Source: Polyangiaceae bacterium (GTDB lineage: Bacteria; Myxococcota_A; Polyangia; Polyangiales; Polyangiaceae). Taken from it: DNA of 64,000 nucleotides. The DNA is taken from positions 1 through 64,000 of the forward strand of contig JBGANF010000014.1 of the NCBI GenBank assembly GCA_044222475.1. The letters are read 5' to 3'. Positions 37,505 through 47,315 of the stretch are shown in pieces. The position numbers and the translations under genes are program-made. The stretch's first letter is position 1. The number at the start of each line of letters is the position of its first letter. The notes under the pieces are model-generated. The model ran no database searches. It was not told the origin of the DNA and saw only the letters and a list, made by a program, of their open reading frames with translations.

Positions 37505-40500
37505 ATGCAACCGAAGTGGAAAGCGCGTCTAGGGCTCATCGGGCTCGCGGGCGCCGTAATGTGGGCATCGGCAGGGTGCGCCCAAGAAAGAGACGCCATC
37601 AATCGCGTTCAGTACAACGCGATGGATAAGGGTTTCTTCGTCGGGCAAAGCCTGTCGGATCCGACGGACGACCCCGAGTTCTACATGCGCAACACCGTCA
37701 CGGACGTCCCGTACGGCGCCATGCAGGATGGACTCTTCACCGCGACCTACGCACAGCCGGTCACCCGCGTGAAGTGGGAGATCAGCGAGGACGCGCTCAT
37801 CGCGCGCCTCACGTACGAGAAGGTCAAGGACAGCGACTTCTACGGCGCTCGGGACACCGACAAGGGCCAGGTCGTCGCGATGTTCGCGATCCAGAGCCAC
37901 TTCGACATCCGCCGCGCGTACAACCCGCAGACGGGCGAAGAGCTCAACGTGATCGAGGAGAACACCTCGGACCGTCCGTGGTTCCAGCGCCAGTACATGC
38001 GCGTCGACTGGTCGCGCAACATGGTGACCGACGGCTACGAAGTCGACACCCTGTCGCAGATCGGCATCTTCGGCGGCGTGAAGTTCGAGCCCGTCAGCTA
38101 CGCCGTCATGGATCCGGCGAACGCGGACGCGCCGGCCTTCGACGAGAAGAACGGCTACTTCGACGTGACGACGAAGGCCTACGCGACGCCGCAGAACATC
38201 GACACCCCCTGGGGCGAGTTCCCGGCCTGCTTCCTCCCGGCCGACTACGGTGGAACGTACCCGGTCGGTAACTGCAACCCGACCGAAATCACGCTCCGCC
38301 TCTCCTTCAAGAAGGTGGTCGACACCGATTTCGAGCCGTTCGATCAGACCGGCATCCGCCAAGAGGCGTTCGGTTGGTTCACCGAGGACCGCAACGGGTA
38401 CGACCGCCACTACGGCGTGCTCGACCAGAAGTGGCACCGCTTCGCCGCCAAGTACAACATCTGGCAGAAGAGCCACATCGAAGGGACCCAGTGCGCGGTC
38501 GACTACTGGCGCGACGCAAAGGGCAACATCGGCAAGTTCCAGGTCGACGGCAACGGTGACTTCGTCGTTGGCCCGAACGGCCTCCCGGTCGCCGACCCGA
38601 ACGGCAAGCCGTTCCCGGGAACGCCGATCGGCGCCGACGTGCACCGTCTCGCGAGCGACGGCAAGACCGAGGCTGACTGCGCGTTCACCGATGGTAACGG
38701 CGCGATCATGCACCCCGGCTCGACCTGCGACGAGTTCGTGCACAAGTGCACGATCCCGCTCCGCGACCGCAAGACGAAGACGATCCCCTGGTACTACGGT
38801 CCGGGCTCGCCGTCGGACCTCTTCCCGTCGACGAATCACTCGGTCGACGCCTGGAACATCGCGGTCAAGCGCGCCACCCAGATCGGCCAAAAGGCCGACG
38901 CGGAGCGTGTCGGCCTCGACGGCTCGGGGTACATCACCAGCGAAGACGATCTGACGAACCGCACCAACGGCGGCGAGTCGATCCCCGACATCTTCGTCCT
39001 CTGCCACAACCCGGTCATCGAGACCGACAACCCGGCTTGCGGCAAGCCCGGCCTCATCGCCCGCGTGGGTGACCTTCGCTACAGCATGGTCAACCTCGTC
39101 AACGACCCGCAGACGCCTTCTCCCTGGGGCATCATGGTCGACGCCGTCGACCCGATCACCGGCGAGAAGATCGCTACGAGCGTCAACGAGTGGGTCCACA
39201 TCCTCGACATCGCGTCGCAGGGCACCGTGGACATCCTCCGCTGGATCAACGGTGAAATCACCGACGACCAGATCGCGAGCGGCGAATACCTCCGTGACTG
39301 GGCGGCGGTCAGCCAGCTCGGCACGAAGGAGTTCCGCCCGGAGACTCTGTCCAAGGAAGAGATCCAGGCGCGCATCCACTCCTCGAACGACGGCCTCGCT
39401 GCGCTCAACGGGCTCACCCCCGCTGACCAGGCGGGTCCGAAGGAGCTCCGCATCACCAAGGCGTCGCGCAACCTCGCGGCGGCGATGGGCCCCTCGGCCA
39501 CGCCGGACTTCGAGGCCTTCCGCACCAAGGCGATCGGCTCCGAGTTCGAAGCCCGCATGATCACCCCGGACATGATCCAGGCCGCCGGCATGGATCCGCA
39601 GAGCCCGGTGGCGAACAACCCCACGCTCATCAACCGCGCGTCGATGTTCCGCGGGATGAACCCCACCTTCAGCAAGTGGATTCGCCAGCAGAAGGAAAAG
39701 ACGATGGCGAAGGTTGGAGCCTGCATGGTCCAGCAGCCGGAGCCGGCGTCGTACGTCGGTCTCGCGCGGCAGGCCCAGAAGCTCTACCCGATGCCGGACA
39801 AGAACGACCCGAACTTCGCGGCCAAGAAGAGCGCGCGTGATCGTTCGCTCCTCCAGTGGATTCGCGAGCAGTTCCACGTCGCGGTCATCGAGCACGAAAT
39901 GGGTCACTCGGTCGGCGAGCGTCACAACTTCGCCGGCAGCCAGGACTCGCTCAACTATCACCTCCAGTACTGGCAGCTCCGCACCCGCAACGGCGCCGAG
40001 AAGGCCTGCAAGGACGTGATGACCCCGAACGCCGACGGAACGACCTGCGTCGGTCCGCGCTGGATGGACCCGGTCACCGAGGACGAGGTCAACGGCCTCA
40101 TCTGGAAGTGGGGCTCCACGACGGTCATGGACTACCCGGGTGACGCGACCCAGGACATGAATGACCTCGGCCCGTACGACAAGGCTGCGATGCGCTACAT
40201 GTACGGCGGCGTCGTCGACGTCGACGAAGACGCGGTCGACGGCACCGACAAGGGCAAGGCCTACGTCGGCGTGCTCGACGGCTTCGGCGGCATCGGCGGG
40301 TACACCGTCGGCGACACGCACTACTCGAACTACAACGACAAGTACAAGGTGCTCGGCACCTGCTCCGCGCCGACCGATCCGAAGGATCCGCTGAGCGCGA
40401 AGTGCACCGGCATCCCGATGCGGTACATCCCGATGCGCGACATGGAGAACGTCGACAAGTACGGAAAGGCCGTCACCGCGGTCCGCCCCGACCTCGTCGC

Positions 40501-41887
40501 GAACTTCGCGCGCACCAAGGACAAGGTCGCGAACGGCCGCAAGCTCATTCGCCACCCGTACATGTTCGGTTCGGACGAGTACGCGGACACCGGGAACCTC
40601 CCGATCTTCCGCTTCGACGCCGGCGCCGACAACTACGAGCAGATGCAGTACACGATCTCGACCTACGAGAACCGGTACATCTTCGACAACTTCCGGCGCG
40701 ATCGCACCACGTTCTCCTCGCGAGCCGTCATCGGCCGCACCGAGAGCCGGTACCTCGACCGCATCCAGGGGTTCGTCAAGTCGTTCGCTCTCCTCATCGG
40801 CTTCCAGTCGAACCCCGAGTCGGCCAAGTCCGATCCGGGCAACCTGATGCCGCTGTCGATGGCGTGCTCGGACGCCCTCGCGACGTTCGCCCGCATCATC
40901 ACGCGTCCGGAGCCGGGTGGTTACAACCTCCGTCAGCCGGTCGACACGGGCATGGTCCTTCCGTTCGGTACGGGCCAGGACATCAACGGCCAGATCAACA
41001 ACCCGGGCGGTGACTTCAAGATCCGCCTCGGCTCCGGTGAAGGCCGCTGGATCCACAACGAGTACGACTACACCCAGGGTTACTACTGGTCGTCGTACCA
41101 AAAGTGGGCGGGCAGCTTCTACGAGAAGAACGACGCGGCGTACTTCCTCTGGGAGGCGTACAACCACTTCGTCCAGAACTCGAAGGAAGACTACGTCGAC
41201 GGTCGCTACAAGAACCTGAACTTCGCGAGCGTGTTCCCGGAGCAGATGCGCCGGCTCTTCGCGAACATCATGGCAGGCGACCCGATGACCCTCGGCCCGT
41301 ACATCAACAACGGCGCTGGTGGTCTCTCCAAGGATGGCTTCGGCACGGTCCGGTACCTCCCCTGGGAGAAGTACGACAAGACGGTCGCGAGCACGGTCAA
41401 CCTCGACTACCCGGCGAACTCGGTCGTTCTCGACCCGCTCGTCGGCTTCGAGGAGCAGATCCCGCTCATGATCTACACCGCGTGGTTCGGCATGAGCAAC
41501 CTCACCAACGACGTCATCAGCCAGATGCGAATCTGGACGCCTGACGGCAAGGAAGCGGTCACGATCCCCGTCTCCGAGACGGTTCGCTTCCGCGACCCGT
41601 ACACCGGTATCGTCTACGTCGCCCGCACCTACGGCACGGAGAGCATCAACAGTGCACGTGGTCCGGTCCAGAAGACGATGGGCGCGCGCATGATCCAGTA
41701 CGCGAACGAGATGGCCGCCAAGGCGTTCAACTCGTCGGGTACGGTCACCGACAAGGACGGCGTCTCGTACCCCAAGTACGACGTCACCGCCCCGAAGGAC
41801 TTCGCGACCAGCCAGAAGGTCAAGGGCTTCGTCTCGAACCTCGAGTTCGGCCGCCTGCTCTCGAACTACTTCGGCATGGGCATCTGA
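37505..41887 (+). CDS. Very large zinc-dependent metalloprotease lipoprotein (metzincin, EcxA-like)
   Basis: Lipobox SAGC; HEMGHSVGERHNF zinc motif; STTVMDY Met-turn; strong SD GGAGGT. Confidence 0.88.
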   Translation: MQPKWKARLGLIGLAGAVMWASAGCAQERDAINRVQYNAMDKGFFVGQSLSDPTDDPEFYMRNTVTDVPYGAMQDGLFTATYAQPVTRVKWEISEDALIARLTYEKVKDSDFYGARDTDKGQVVAMFAIQSHFDIRRAYNPQTGEELNVIEENTSDRPWFQRQYMRVDWSRNMVTDGYEVDTLSQIGIFGGVKFEPVSYAVMDPANADAPAFDEKNGYFDVTTKAYATPQNIDTPWGEFPACFLPADYGGTYPVGNCNPTEITLRLSFKKVVDTDFEPFDQTGIRQEAFGWFTEDRNGYDRHYGVLDQKWHRFAAKYNIWQKSHIEGTQCAVDYWRDAKGNIGKFQVDGNGDFVVGPNGLPVADPNGKPFPGTPIGADVHRLASDGKTEADCAFTDGNGAIMHPGSTCDEFVHKCTIPLRDRKTKTIPWYYGPGSPSDLFPSTNHSVDAWNIAVKRATQIGQKADAERVGLDGSGYITSEDDLTNRTNGGESIPDIFVLCHNPVIETDNPACGKPGLIARVGDLRYSMVNLVNDPQTPSPWGIMVDAVDPITGEKIATSVNEWVHILDIASQGTVDILRWINGEITDDQIASGEYLRDWAAVSQLGTKEFRPETLSKEEIQARIHSSNDGLAALNGLTPADQAGPKELRITKASRNLAAAMGPSATPDFEAFRTKAIGSEFEARMITPDMIQAAGMDPQSPVANNPTLINRASMFRGMNPTFSKWIRQQKEKTMAKVGACMVQQPEPASYVGLARQAQKLYPMPDKNDPNFAAKKSARDRSLLQWIREQFHVAVIEHEMGHSVGERHNFAGSQDSLNYHLQYWQLRTRNGAEKACKDVMTPNADGTTCVGPRWMDPVTEDEVNGLIWKWGSTTVMDYPGDATQDMNDLGPYDKAAMRYMYGGVVDVDEDAVDGTDKGKAYVGVLDGFGGIGGYTVGDTHYSNYNDKYKVLGTCSAPTDPKDPLSAKCTGIPMRYIPMRDMENVDKYGKAVTAVRPDLVANFARTKDKVANGRKLIRHPYMFGSDEYADTGNLPIFRFDAGADNYEQMQYTISTYENRYIFDNFRRDRTTFSSRAVIGRTESRYLDRIQGFVKSFALLIGFQSNPESAKSDPGNLMPLSMACSDALATFARIITRPEPGGYNLRQPVDTGMVLPFGTGQDINGQINNPGGDFKIRLGSGEGRWIHNEYDYTQGYYWSSYQKWAGSFYEKNDAAYFLWEAYNHFVQNSKEDYVDGRYKNLNFASVFPEQMRRLFANIMAGDPMTLGPYINNGAGGLSKDGFGTVRYLPWEKYDKTVASTVNLDYPANSVVLDPLVGFEEQIPLMIYTAWFGMSNLTNDVISQMRIWTPDGKEAVTIPVSETVRFRDPYTGIVYVARTYGTESINSARGPVQKTMGARMIQYANEMAAKAFNSSGTVTDKDGVSYPKYDVTAPKDFATSQKVKGFVSNLEFGRLLSNYFGMGI

Positions 41888-41910
41888 GACGCGCTGAGAA
41901 GCGCTGACTG

Positions 41911-41948
41911 AGCGCCTCGGACCGCAAGGTCCGGGGCGTTCGTCTTTT
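41911..41948 (+). terminator. Intrinsic terminator
   Basis: AGCGCCTCGGACC-GCAA-GGTCCGGGGCGTT followed by CGTCTTTT. Confidence 0.7.
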
Positions 41949-41963
41949 GTGGCCTCGCGACGT

Positions 41964-42500
41964 TCACTGGGTGACGTACTTGCTCAGCAACTGGTCGACC
42001 ACCGCGTCGCGCGGGACGGTGTCGATGGCGTACGGAGGGTCGGTCAGGTCGCCGAAAGTCGCGCGAAGGTTGTCGACGTAGAGGAGGAAGCGCGTGCGCT
42101 TCACCTGGAGTGGCTCTGCGAAGTCGACGAAGGTGAGCGTCGAATCCACGAAGCCGCGATAGACGCCGTCGTCGACGAGGTGGCGTGCCTTCTCGAACGC
42201 GTTGTACCCCGCTGGGGTGATCGTGACGACGACCCTGCGCCGGTCGCCATCGCTGCGCCGGCGTTCGACGAACCCACGCTTCTCCAGGCGGCGCAGCATG
42301 ACGGCGACGGTGGCGCGGGAGACTCCGAGGCGGGCGCGAAGATCGCGTTGATACACGACGCCGTATTGGCGAAGCGCGGCGCGATGGCACACGAAAAGGT
42401 CCATGCGAGCGGCAGTGAGATTCCACCGAGCCAGATGGCGATTGGCGTGCGCGGTGTACGAAAGGTGAGAGCGCTTGGTGCAGAACAACACGCGGTCCAT
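41964..42500 (-). CDS. MarR family winged-helix regulator
   Basis: LTAARMDL, QRDLRARLGVSRATVAVMLRRLEKRGFVER, DRRRVVVTITPAG. Confidence 0.85.
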   Translation of the reverse strand: MDRVLFCTKRSHLSYTAHANRHLARWNLTAARMDLFVCHRAALRQYGVVYQRDLRARLGVSRATVAVMLRRLEKRGFVERRRSDGDRRRVVVTITPAGYNAFEKARHLVDDGVYRGFVDSTLTFVDFAEPLQVKRTRFLLYVDNLRATFGDLTDPPYAIDTVPRDAVVDQLLSKYVTQ

Positions 42501-42512
42501 GCGAGCCAATTC

Positions 42513-42527
42513 GCAACATCCGTTCCA
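42513..42527 (-). promoter_or_regulatory. Sigma-54 (-24/-12) promoter of the MarR gene
   Basis: TGGAACGGATGTTGC (GG-N10-GC) ending 12 nt before the ATG. Confidence 0.65.
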
Positions 42528-42627
42528 ACGACGAGCCCCAACAAGATCAACGGCTTTCGCGGATCGATCCCTGGCGCGCGCCACCAGACGCCGGCGCCGC
42601 GCCACCGCACCGCCGCGAGATGGGAGT

Positions 42628-42682
42628 CGGCTAACAATTCCGAGGCGACGGGGACCCTCCACCCACAATTGTTAGCCGGCAG
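42628..42682. repeat. Inverted pair of the AATTGTTAGCCG motif
   Basis: CGGCTAACAATTC (42628-42640) and AATTGTTAGCCGGCAG (42667-42682); same motif as the 34209 array. Confidence 0.75.
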
Positions 42683-42693
42683 CCAAACGGCGG

Positions 42694-43473
42694 CTACTCC
42701 CTAGCCATCCGCGTCAGCGCAAAGCGGAGGAGGGGCGGCGTGACGCGGGCCGCGAAGGAAGAGAATCGGACGAAGGCACTCGTCTCCACCACCGCTCGGT
42801 TCCGATCGATCGCGCGCATGGTGATCCTCGCGATGTCGTCGGCGGTCTGGACCTTCGCCCCTTTGGGCCGCACTCCCGCTTCCACTTCGGTCACCACCGA
42901 GTTCGCTCGGAACGGCGTGTCCACCGGGCCGGGACGTATCACGCACACGCGGATGCCGTCCTTGGCGACCTCGGCGCGGAGCGACGTCGAAAGCGCCTCC
43001 AACGCGAACTTGGAGGCCGCGTAGGCCCCCAACTTCGGGGCCGCGACGACGCCAGCGATCGACGACATCATGACGACCACCCCGCGCGCCTTCGCCAGCG
43101 CCGGGTGGGCGAGCTGGGTCAGCCGCAGGGGGGCGACCACGTTCAACGCGAAGATCGACTCGAGCTCGGCGAGATCGACCTTCATGAGGTGCCCGTAGTA
43201 GCCGCGGCCCGCGTTGTTCACGAGGACGTCGATCGGCCGCCCTCCTTCGGTGGCGCGGTCGACGAGGCGCTTGCGGTCGTCCTCCTTGGTCACGTCGGAC
43301 GGCACCGCGAGCGCGGTACCGCCATGAGACTCGACGTCGTGCGCGACCTTCGCGAGCTCGACCTCGTTGCGGCCGGAGAGGACGAGTCGATCGCCGCGAG
43401 CGGCGAACGAAAGCGCGATCGCGCGACCGATGCCGCTCGACGCACCGGTCACGACGACCGTGCGGGACGTCAT
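42694..43473 (-). CDS. Short-chain dehydrogenase/reductase
   Basis: TGASSGIG, NNAG, YAASK. Confidence 0.92.
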   Translation of the reverse strand: MTSRTVVVTGASSGIGRAIALSFAARGDRLVLSGRNEVELAKVAHDVESHGGTALAVPSDVTKEDDRKRLVDRATEGGRPIDVLVNNAGRGYYGHLMKVDLAELESIFALNVVAPLRLTQLAHPALAKARGVVVMMSSIAGVVAAPKLGAYAASKFALEALSTSLRAEVAKDGIRVCVIRPGPVDTPFRANSVVTEVEAGVRPKGAKVQTADDIARITMRAIDRNRAVVETSAFVRFSSFAARVTPPLLRFALTRMARE

Positions 43474-44480
43474 TCGCTCTTCAGGTACGACGCCTTGAGC
43501 AACTTGAGGACGATCGTCGTCGTCTCGAGATCGGTCGCAAGGCTCTTGTTGAGCACCGTCTCGACGTGACCGTAGTTGTGCGCGAGCTGGAGCACGTCGA
43601 GCTCCTCCGGCTTGAGATCGCGGAGCGGCGGGAGCAATGGGGCGACGATGGTGAGGCGCGCGTTCAGATCGGGGAGCTCGGCGCGGAGCTGCTCGAACTC
43701 GTCGAGCTGGCGGAGACCCTCCATGAGGACCTCTTGCACCGACACGTCGATCTCGTTCGCGAACGTGCGCTCGTCCGGCGGGTCGAGATCGAAGAGGCCC
43801 TTCTGCCAGGTGAGCATGCGGAAGAGCGCCTTCAGCGACGGCACGTCGTCGTTGTCGTTGATCTGCGCGTAGTAGATGTTGCCCTTGCGCAGGAAGATCT
43901 TGCCGACGTCGTCCTCGGTGCGGATGACGAGCACGCCGTTCTTCTTCGACGTGCCGAAGAGCTGCAGCAGGTCGGGGAGGGGGACCTCCTCGATCGCGCC
44001 GGACATCGTGCGCGCCTGGCTCGTCGTGCGGCGCTTCTCCGCCATGTTCTCGAGCTCGCGCTTGGCGTCGGTCGTGCTGGTGCTCTCCGGTGCGCCGTCG
44101 GCGGCGATGACCTTGAGGATGCTCGTGCCGATGAGAACGCGGTCGCCCTCCTTCAGCTTCGCCTTCTTGATCTTCTCGCCGTTGACGAAGGTGCCGTTGG
44201 TGGAGCCGAGGTCTTCGATCCAGATCCCGTCCGGCTGCATGATGATGCGCGCGTGCTTGCGGCTCACCATGTCCTCGACGAGGACCATGTCGAGATCACT
44301 CGAGCGTCCGACGACGATCTCTTTCCCTGCGGTGATGGGGAACTCCCCGCCCTGGTACTTCCCGCTGATGAAACGCAGGACGTACGACTTCCCTCGCTGG
44401 GGGGGACCGCCCTTTCCTGCTTGTTCGTTCATCTCTTCGGGTGCCCACGCAGGCCGCGTATTTGAGACGCCTTCAGCCAC
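43470..44480 (-). CDS. FHA plus DUF4388 (PATAN-like) domain protein
   Basis: VGR, VSRKHA, STNGTFVNG; MSGAIEEVPLPDLLQL...KNGVL, W.KG.F; start may be the later ATG (MNEQAG). Confidence 0.88.
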   Translation of the reverse strand: MAEGVSNTRPAWAPEEMNEQAGKGGPPQRGKSYVLRFISGKYQGGEFPITAGKEIVVGRSSDLDMVLVEDMVSRKHARIIMQPDGIWIEDLGSTNGTFVNGEKIKKAKLKEGDRVLIGTSILKVIAADGAPESTSTTDAKRELENMAEKRRTTSQARTMSGAIEEVPLPDLLQLFGTSKKNGVLVIRTEDDVGKIFLRKGNIYYAQINDNDDVPSLKALFRMLTWQKGLFDLDPPDERTFANEIDVSVQEVLMEGLRQLDEFEQLRAELPDLNARLTIVAPLLPPLRDLKPEELDVLQLAHNYGHVETVLNKSLATDLETTTIVLKLLKASYLKSE

Positions 44481-44539
44481 GCGGAAAAAGAGTATCTAGG
44501 GTGCGCAAAGATGGTCAAGTCGGCGTAAGCTCTGGGCCC

Positions 44540-45628
44540 GTGAGCACCCCCGCTTCGGGCCAGCCCAGGCCTCGAGAGGCGTCCGGCGATCCGCTCGGAA
44601 CCCACCGTGCGCTGGCGCCCAGGGGCGCGCTGCCGCAGCCCGCCGAACGCCTCGACAACGACTTTCGCCGCCTATTTCAAGGCGAAATGCTCATCGAGGT
44701 CGAGACGCTCAACGTGGACGCCGCCAGCTTCCGGCAGATGGAGGAGGCCGCAAAGTCTGCCGGGGAACCCGTCGAAGAGGGGGTCGCCCGGCTGGTGAAA
44801 AAAACCGTTGCCGAACGCGGCAAACAGCACAATCCGGTCACCGGATCGGGCGGAATGCTCCTCGGGAGGGTCAAGCAGCTCGCCGAGGGGCGCCCCCCGG
44901 GGGAGGCGGTCGCCGTCGGCGATCGCGTCGCTTCGCTCGTCTCGCTGTCGCTCACGCCGCTCCGAATCGACGAGATCCGCGCCATCCGCCCCGTCAGCGC
45001 GCAGCTCGACGTCGTCGGCGAGGCCGTCCTGTTCGCGTCGTCTCCGTACGCCGTCATGCCGTCGGACATGCCCGAGCGGCTCGCGCTCGCCGTGCTCGAC
45101 GTCGCGGGGGCGGCGCCTCAGGTGGCGCGGCTCGCCAAACCCGGCGCGATCGTCGTCGTCCTCGGCGCCGGCGGCAAGAGCGGCATCCTGTGCGCGGCCG
45201 AAGCTCGAAGGCGCGTCGGCTCGGACGGCCTCGTCGTCGGAGTCGAGTCCTACGCCGCCTTCGCCGACGATCTCGAGAAGCTTGCAATCTGCAACCATGT
45301 CGTCCGCGCCGACGCTCGCGATCCGCTCGCCACGCGCGACGCCGTGCTCCGCGCGACCGGCGGGCGCGAGGCCGACGTGGTGCTCTCGTGCGTCAACGTC
45401 GCCGACGTCGAGATGAGCGCGATCCTGTGCACCCGCACCCGCGGCGTGACCTACTTCTTCGCGATGTCGACCAGCTTCACCAAGGCCGCGCTCGGTGCCG
45501 AGGGCGTCGGCAAGGACGTCGATCTCGTCATCGGCAACGGCTTCGCCGAAGGCCACGCCGATCACACGCTGCGCATGATGCGTGACTACCCCGCGATCCG
45601 CGCGCTCTTCGAGCGCCGTTACTGCTGA
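44540..45628 (+). CDS. kdd: L-erythro-3,5-diaminohexanoate dehydrogenase-like protein
   Basis: GTHR..P.G.LPQPA.RLDN, LNVDAASF, RGKQHNPVTGSGGML, SLVSLSLTPL, LDVAGA, GAGGKSG, AALGAEGVGKD. Confidence 0.85.
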   Translation: MSTPASGQPRPREASGDPLGTHRALAPRGALPQPAERLDNDFRRLFQGEMLIEVETLNVDAASFRQMEEAAKSAGEPVEEGVARLVKKTVAERGKQHNPVTGSGGMLLGRVKQLAEGRPPGEAVAVGDRVASLVSLSLTPLRIDEIRAIRPVSAQLDVVGEAVLFASSPYAVMPSDMPERLALAVLDVAGAAPQVARLAKPGAIVVVLGAGGKSGILCAAEARRRVGSDGLVVGVESYAAFADDLEKLAICNHVVRADARDPLATRDAVLRATGGREADVVLSCVNVADVEMSAILCTRTRGVTYFFAMSTSFTKAALGAEGVGKDVDLVIGNGFAEGHADHTLRMMRDYPAIRALFERRYC

Positions 45629-45641
45629 AAGGAACACCCCG

Positions 45642-47315
45642 ATGAGCTTCGTTCAAAGGCCGATCGCCGACGTCGCGAAGGAGCTTGGCATCGCCGACGA
45701 GCACGTCGAGCTCTACGGTCGCCGAAAGGCGAAGGTCGACCTCGCCGCGCTCGCCGCGAAGCCGCGCGGCAAGGGCCGACTCGTCCTCGTCACGGCGATC
45801 AACCCGACGCCAGCCGGCGAAGGAAAGACGACGACGTCGATCAGCCTCGCCATGGGCATGCGTCGCCTCGGGATGAACGCGGTGCTCGCCTTGCGCGAGC
45901 CGTCGCTCGGTCCGGTCTTCGGCGTGAAGGGTGGAGGCACCGGAGGTGGCAAGGCGTCGCTCGCGCCCGCGGACGACATCAACCTCCACTTCACCGGCGA
46001 CATCCACGCCATCACGACCGCCCACAACCTGCTGTCCGCTCTCGTCGACAACGCCTGCTACTTCCGCGACGAAAACAAGGGCAAGGGCGTCCTCGACCCG
46101 CGCCAAGTCACGTGGGGTCGCGCGCTCGACATGAACGATCGCTTCCTCCGGCGCGTCGTCGTGGGCATGGGCGGCAAGGCCCACGGCATCCCGCGCGAGG
46201 AGCGCTTCGACATCACCGCCGCGAGCGAGGTCATGGCGATCCTCGCGCTCGCGAAGGGCTACGAAGATCTCGAGGCGCGCCTAGGTCGCATCGTCATCGG
46301 CTCGACGTGGGACGGCAAAGCGGTCACCGCGGCCGACGTCGGCGCCGCCGGCGCGATGACCGCCGTTCTGCGCGACGCCCTCAAGCCCAACTTGGTACAA
46401 ACCGAGGAAGGCGGCGCCGCGATCGTGCACGCCGGTCCGTTCGGCAACATCGCCCACGGGTGCAACAGCGTCCTCGCGACCGAGCTGGCGATGAAGCTCG
46501 GCGACTACGCCATCACCGAGGCCGGCTTCGGCTTCGACCTCGGCGGCGAGAAGTTCTTCGACATCAAGTGCCGTCAGATGGGCGTCTGGCCGCGCGCGAT
46601 CGTCGTCGTCGCGACGCTGCGCGCGCTGAAGATGCACGGCGGCGCGCCGGTGAAGAGCGCGGGCGATCCCAACTCCGCCGCGCTCGAGAAAGGGATCGCT
46701 CACCTCGAGAAGCACCTCGAGAACGCGAAGACGTTCGGCCTGACGCCCATCGTCGCCATCAACGTGTTTCCCAACGACACGGCCGACGAGCTCGCCCAGG
46801 TCGAGCGCGCGGCGCAGAAGCTCGGCGCGCGGTTCGCCCGCAGCGAGGGCTTCGGCAAGGGCGGCGAAGGCGCGACCGAGCTGGCCCGTGCCGTGGCCGA
46901 AGTCGCCGACGCGACCGACGCGTCGCCGCCGAAGGCGCAGTACGTCTACGAGCTGGACGAGGCGCCGGAGACCAAGATCGAGAAGATCGCCCGCACCATC
47001 TACGGCGCCGATGGCGTCGCGTTCATCGGGCGCGCGGCGGCCGACCTGAAGCGCATCCGCGAGCTCGGCTACGAGAAGCTCCCCATCTGCATGGCGAAGA
47101 CGCAGCTCTCGCTCTCCGACGATCCGACCGTTCCTGGCCGCCCGCGCGGGTTCACCGTCACCGTTCGCGAGGTCCGGCTCTCCGCGGGCGCGGGGTTCCT
47201 CGTGCCGCTCACCGGCGACATGATGACCATGCCCGGTCTTCCGAAAGCCCCCGCCGCGTGGAACGTCAAGCTGATGCCCGACGGGAAGATCAAAGGGCTG
47301 ATGCAGAACGATTGA
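45642..47315 (+). CDS. fhs: Formate--tetrahydrofolate ligase
   Basis: TPAGEGKTT, LREPSLGP, INLHFTGDIHAIT, GPFGNIAHG, TEAGFG, CMAKTQ, MTMPGL. Confidence 0.97.
   Translation: MSFVQRPIADVAKELGIADEHVELYGRRKAKVDLAALAAKPRGKGRLVLVTAINPTPAGEGKTTTSISLAMGMRRLGMNAVLALREPSLGPVFGVKGGGTGGGKASLAPADDINLHFTGDIHAITTAHNLLSALVDNACYFRDENKGKGVLDPRQVTWGRALDMNDRFLRRVVVGMGGKAHGIPREERFDITAASEVMAILALAKGYEDLEARLGRIVIGSTWDGKAVTAADVGAAGAMTAVLRDALKPNLVQTEEGGAAIVHAGPFGNIAHGCNSVLATELAMKLGDYAITEAGFGFDLGGEKFFDIKCRQMGVWPRAIVVVATLRALKMHGGAPVKSAGDPNSAALEKGIAHLEKHLENAKTFGLTPIVAINVFPNDTADELAQVERAAQKLGARFARSEGFGKGGEGATELARAVAEVADATDASPPKAQYVYELDEAPETKIEKIARTIYGADGVAFIGRAAADLKRIRELGYEKLPICMAKTQLSLSDDPTVPGRPRGFTVTVREVRLSAGAGFLVPLTGDMMTMPGLPKAPAAWNVKLMPDGKIKGLMQND

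Noticed and set aside
41911..41940. Terminator stem resembling the REP palindrome (GTCCGGGGCG)
   Set aside because: Similarity limited to a GC-rich arm, with a different loop; adequately explained as a terminator
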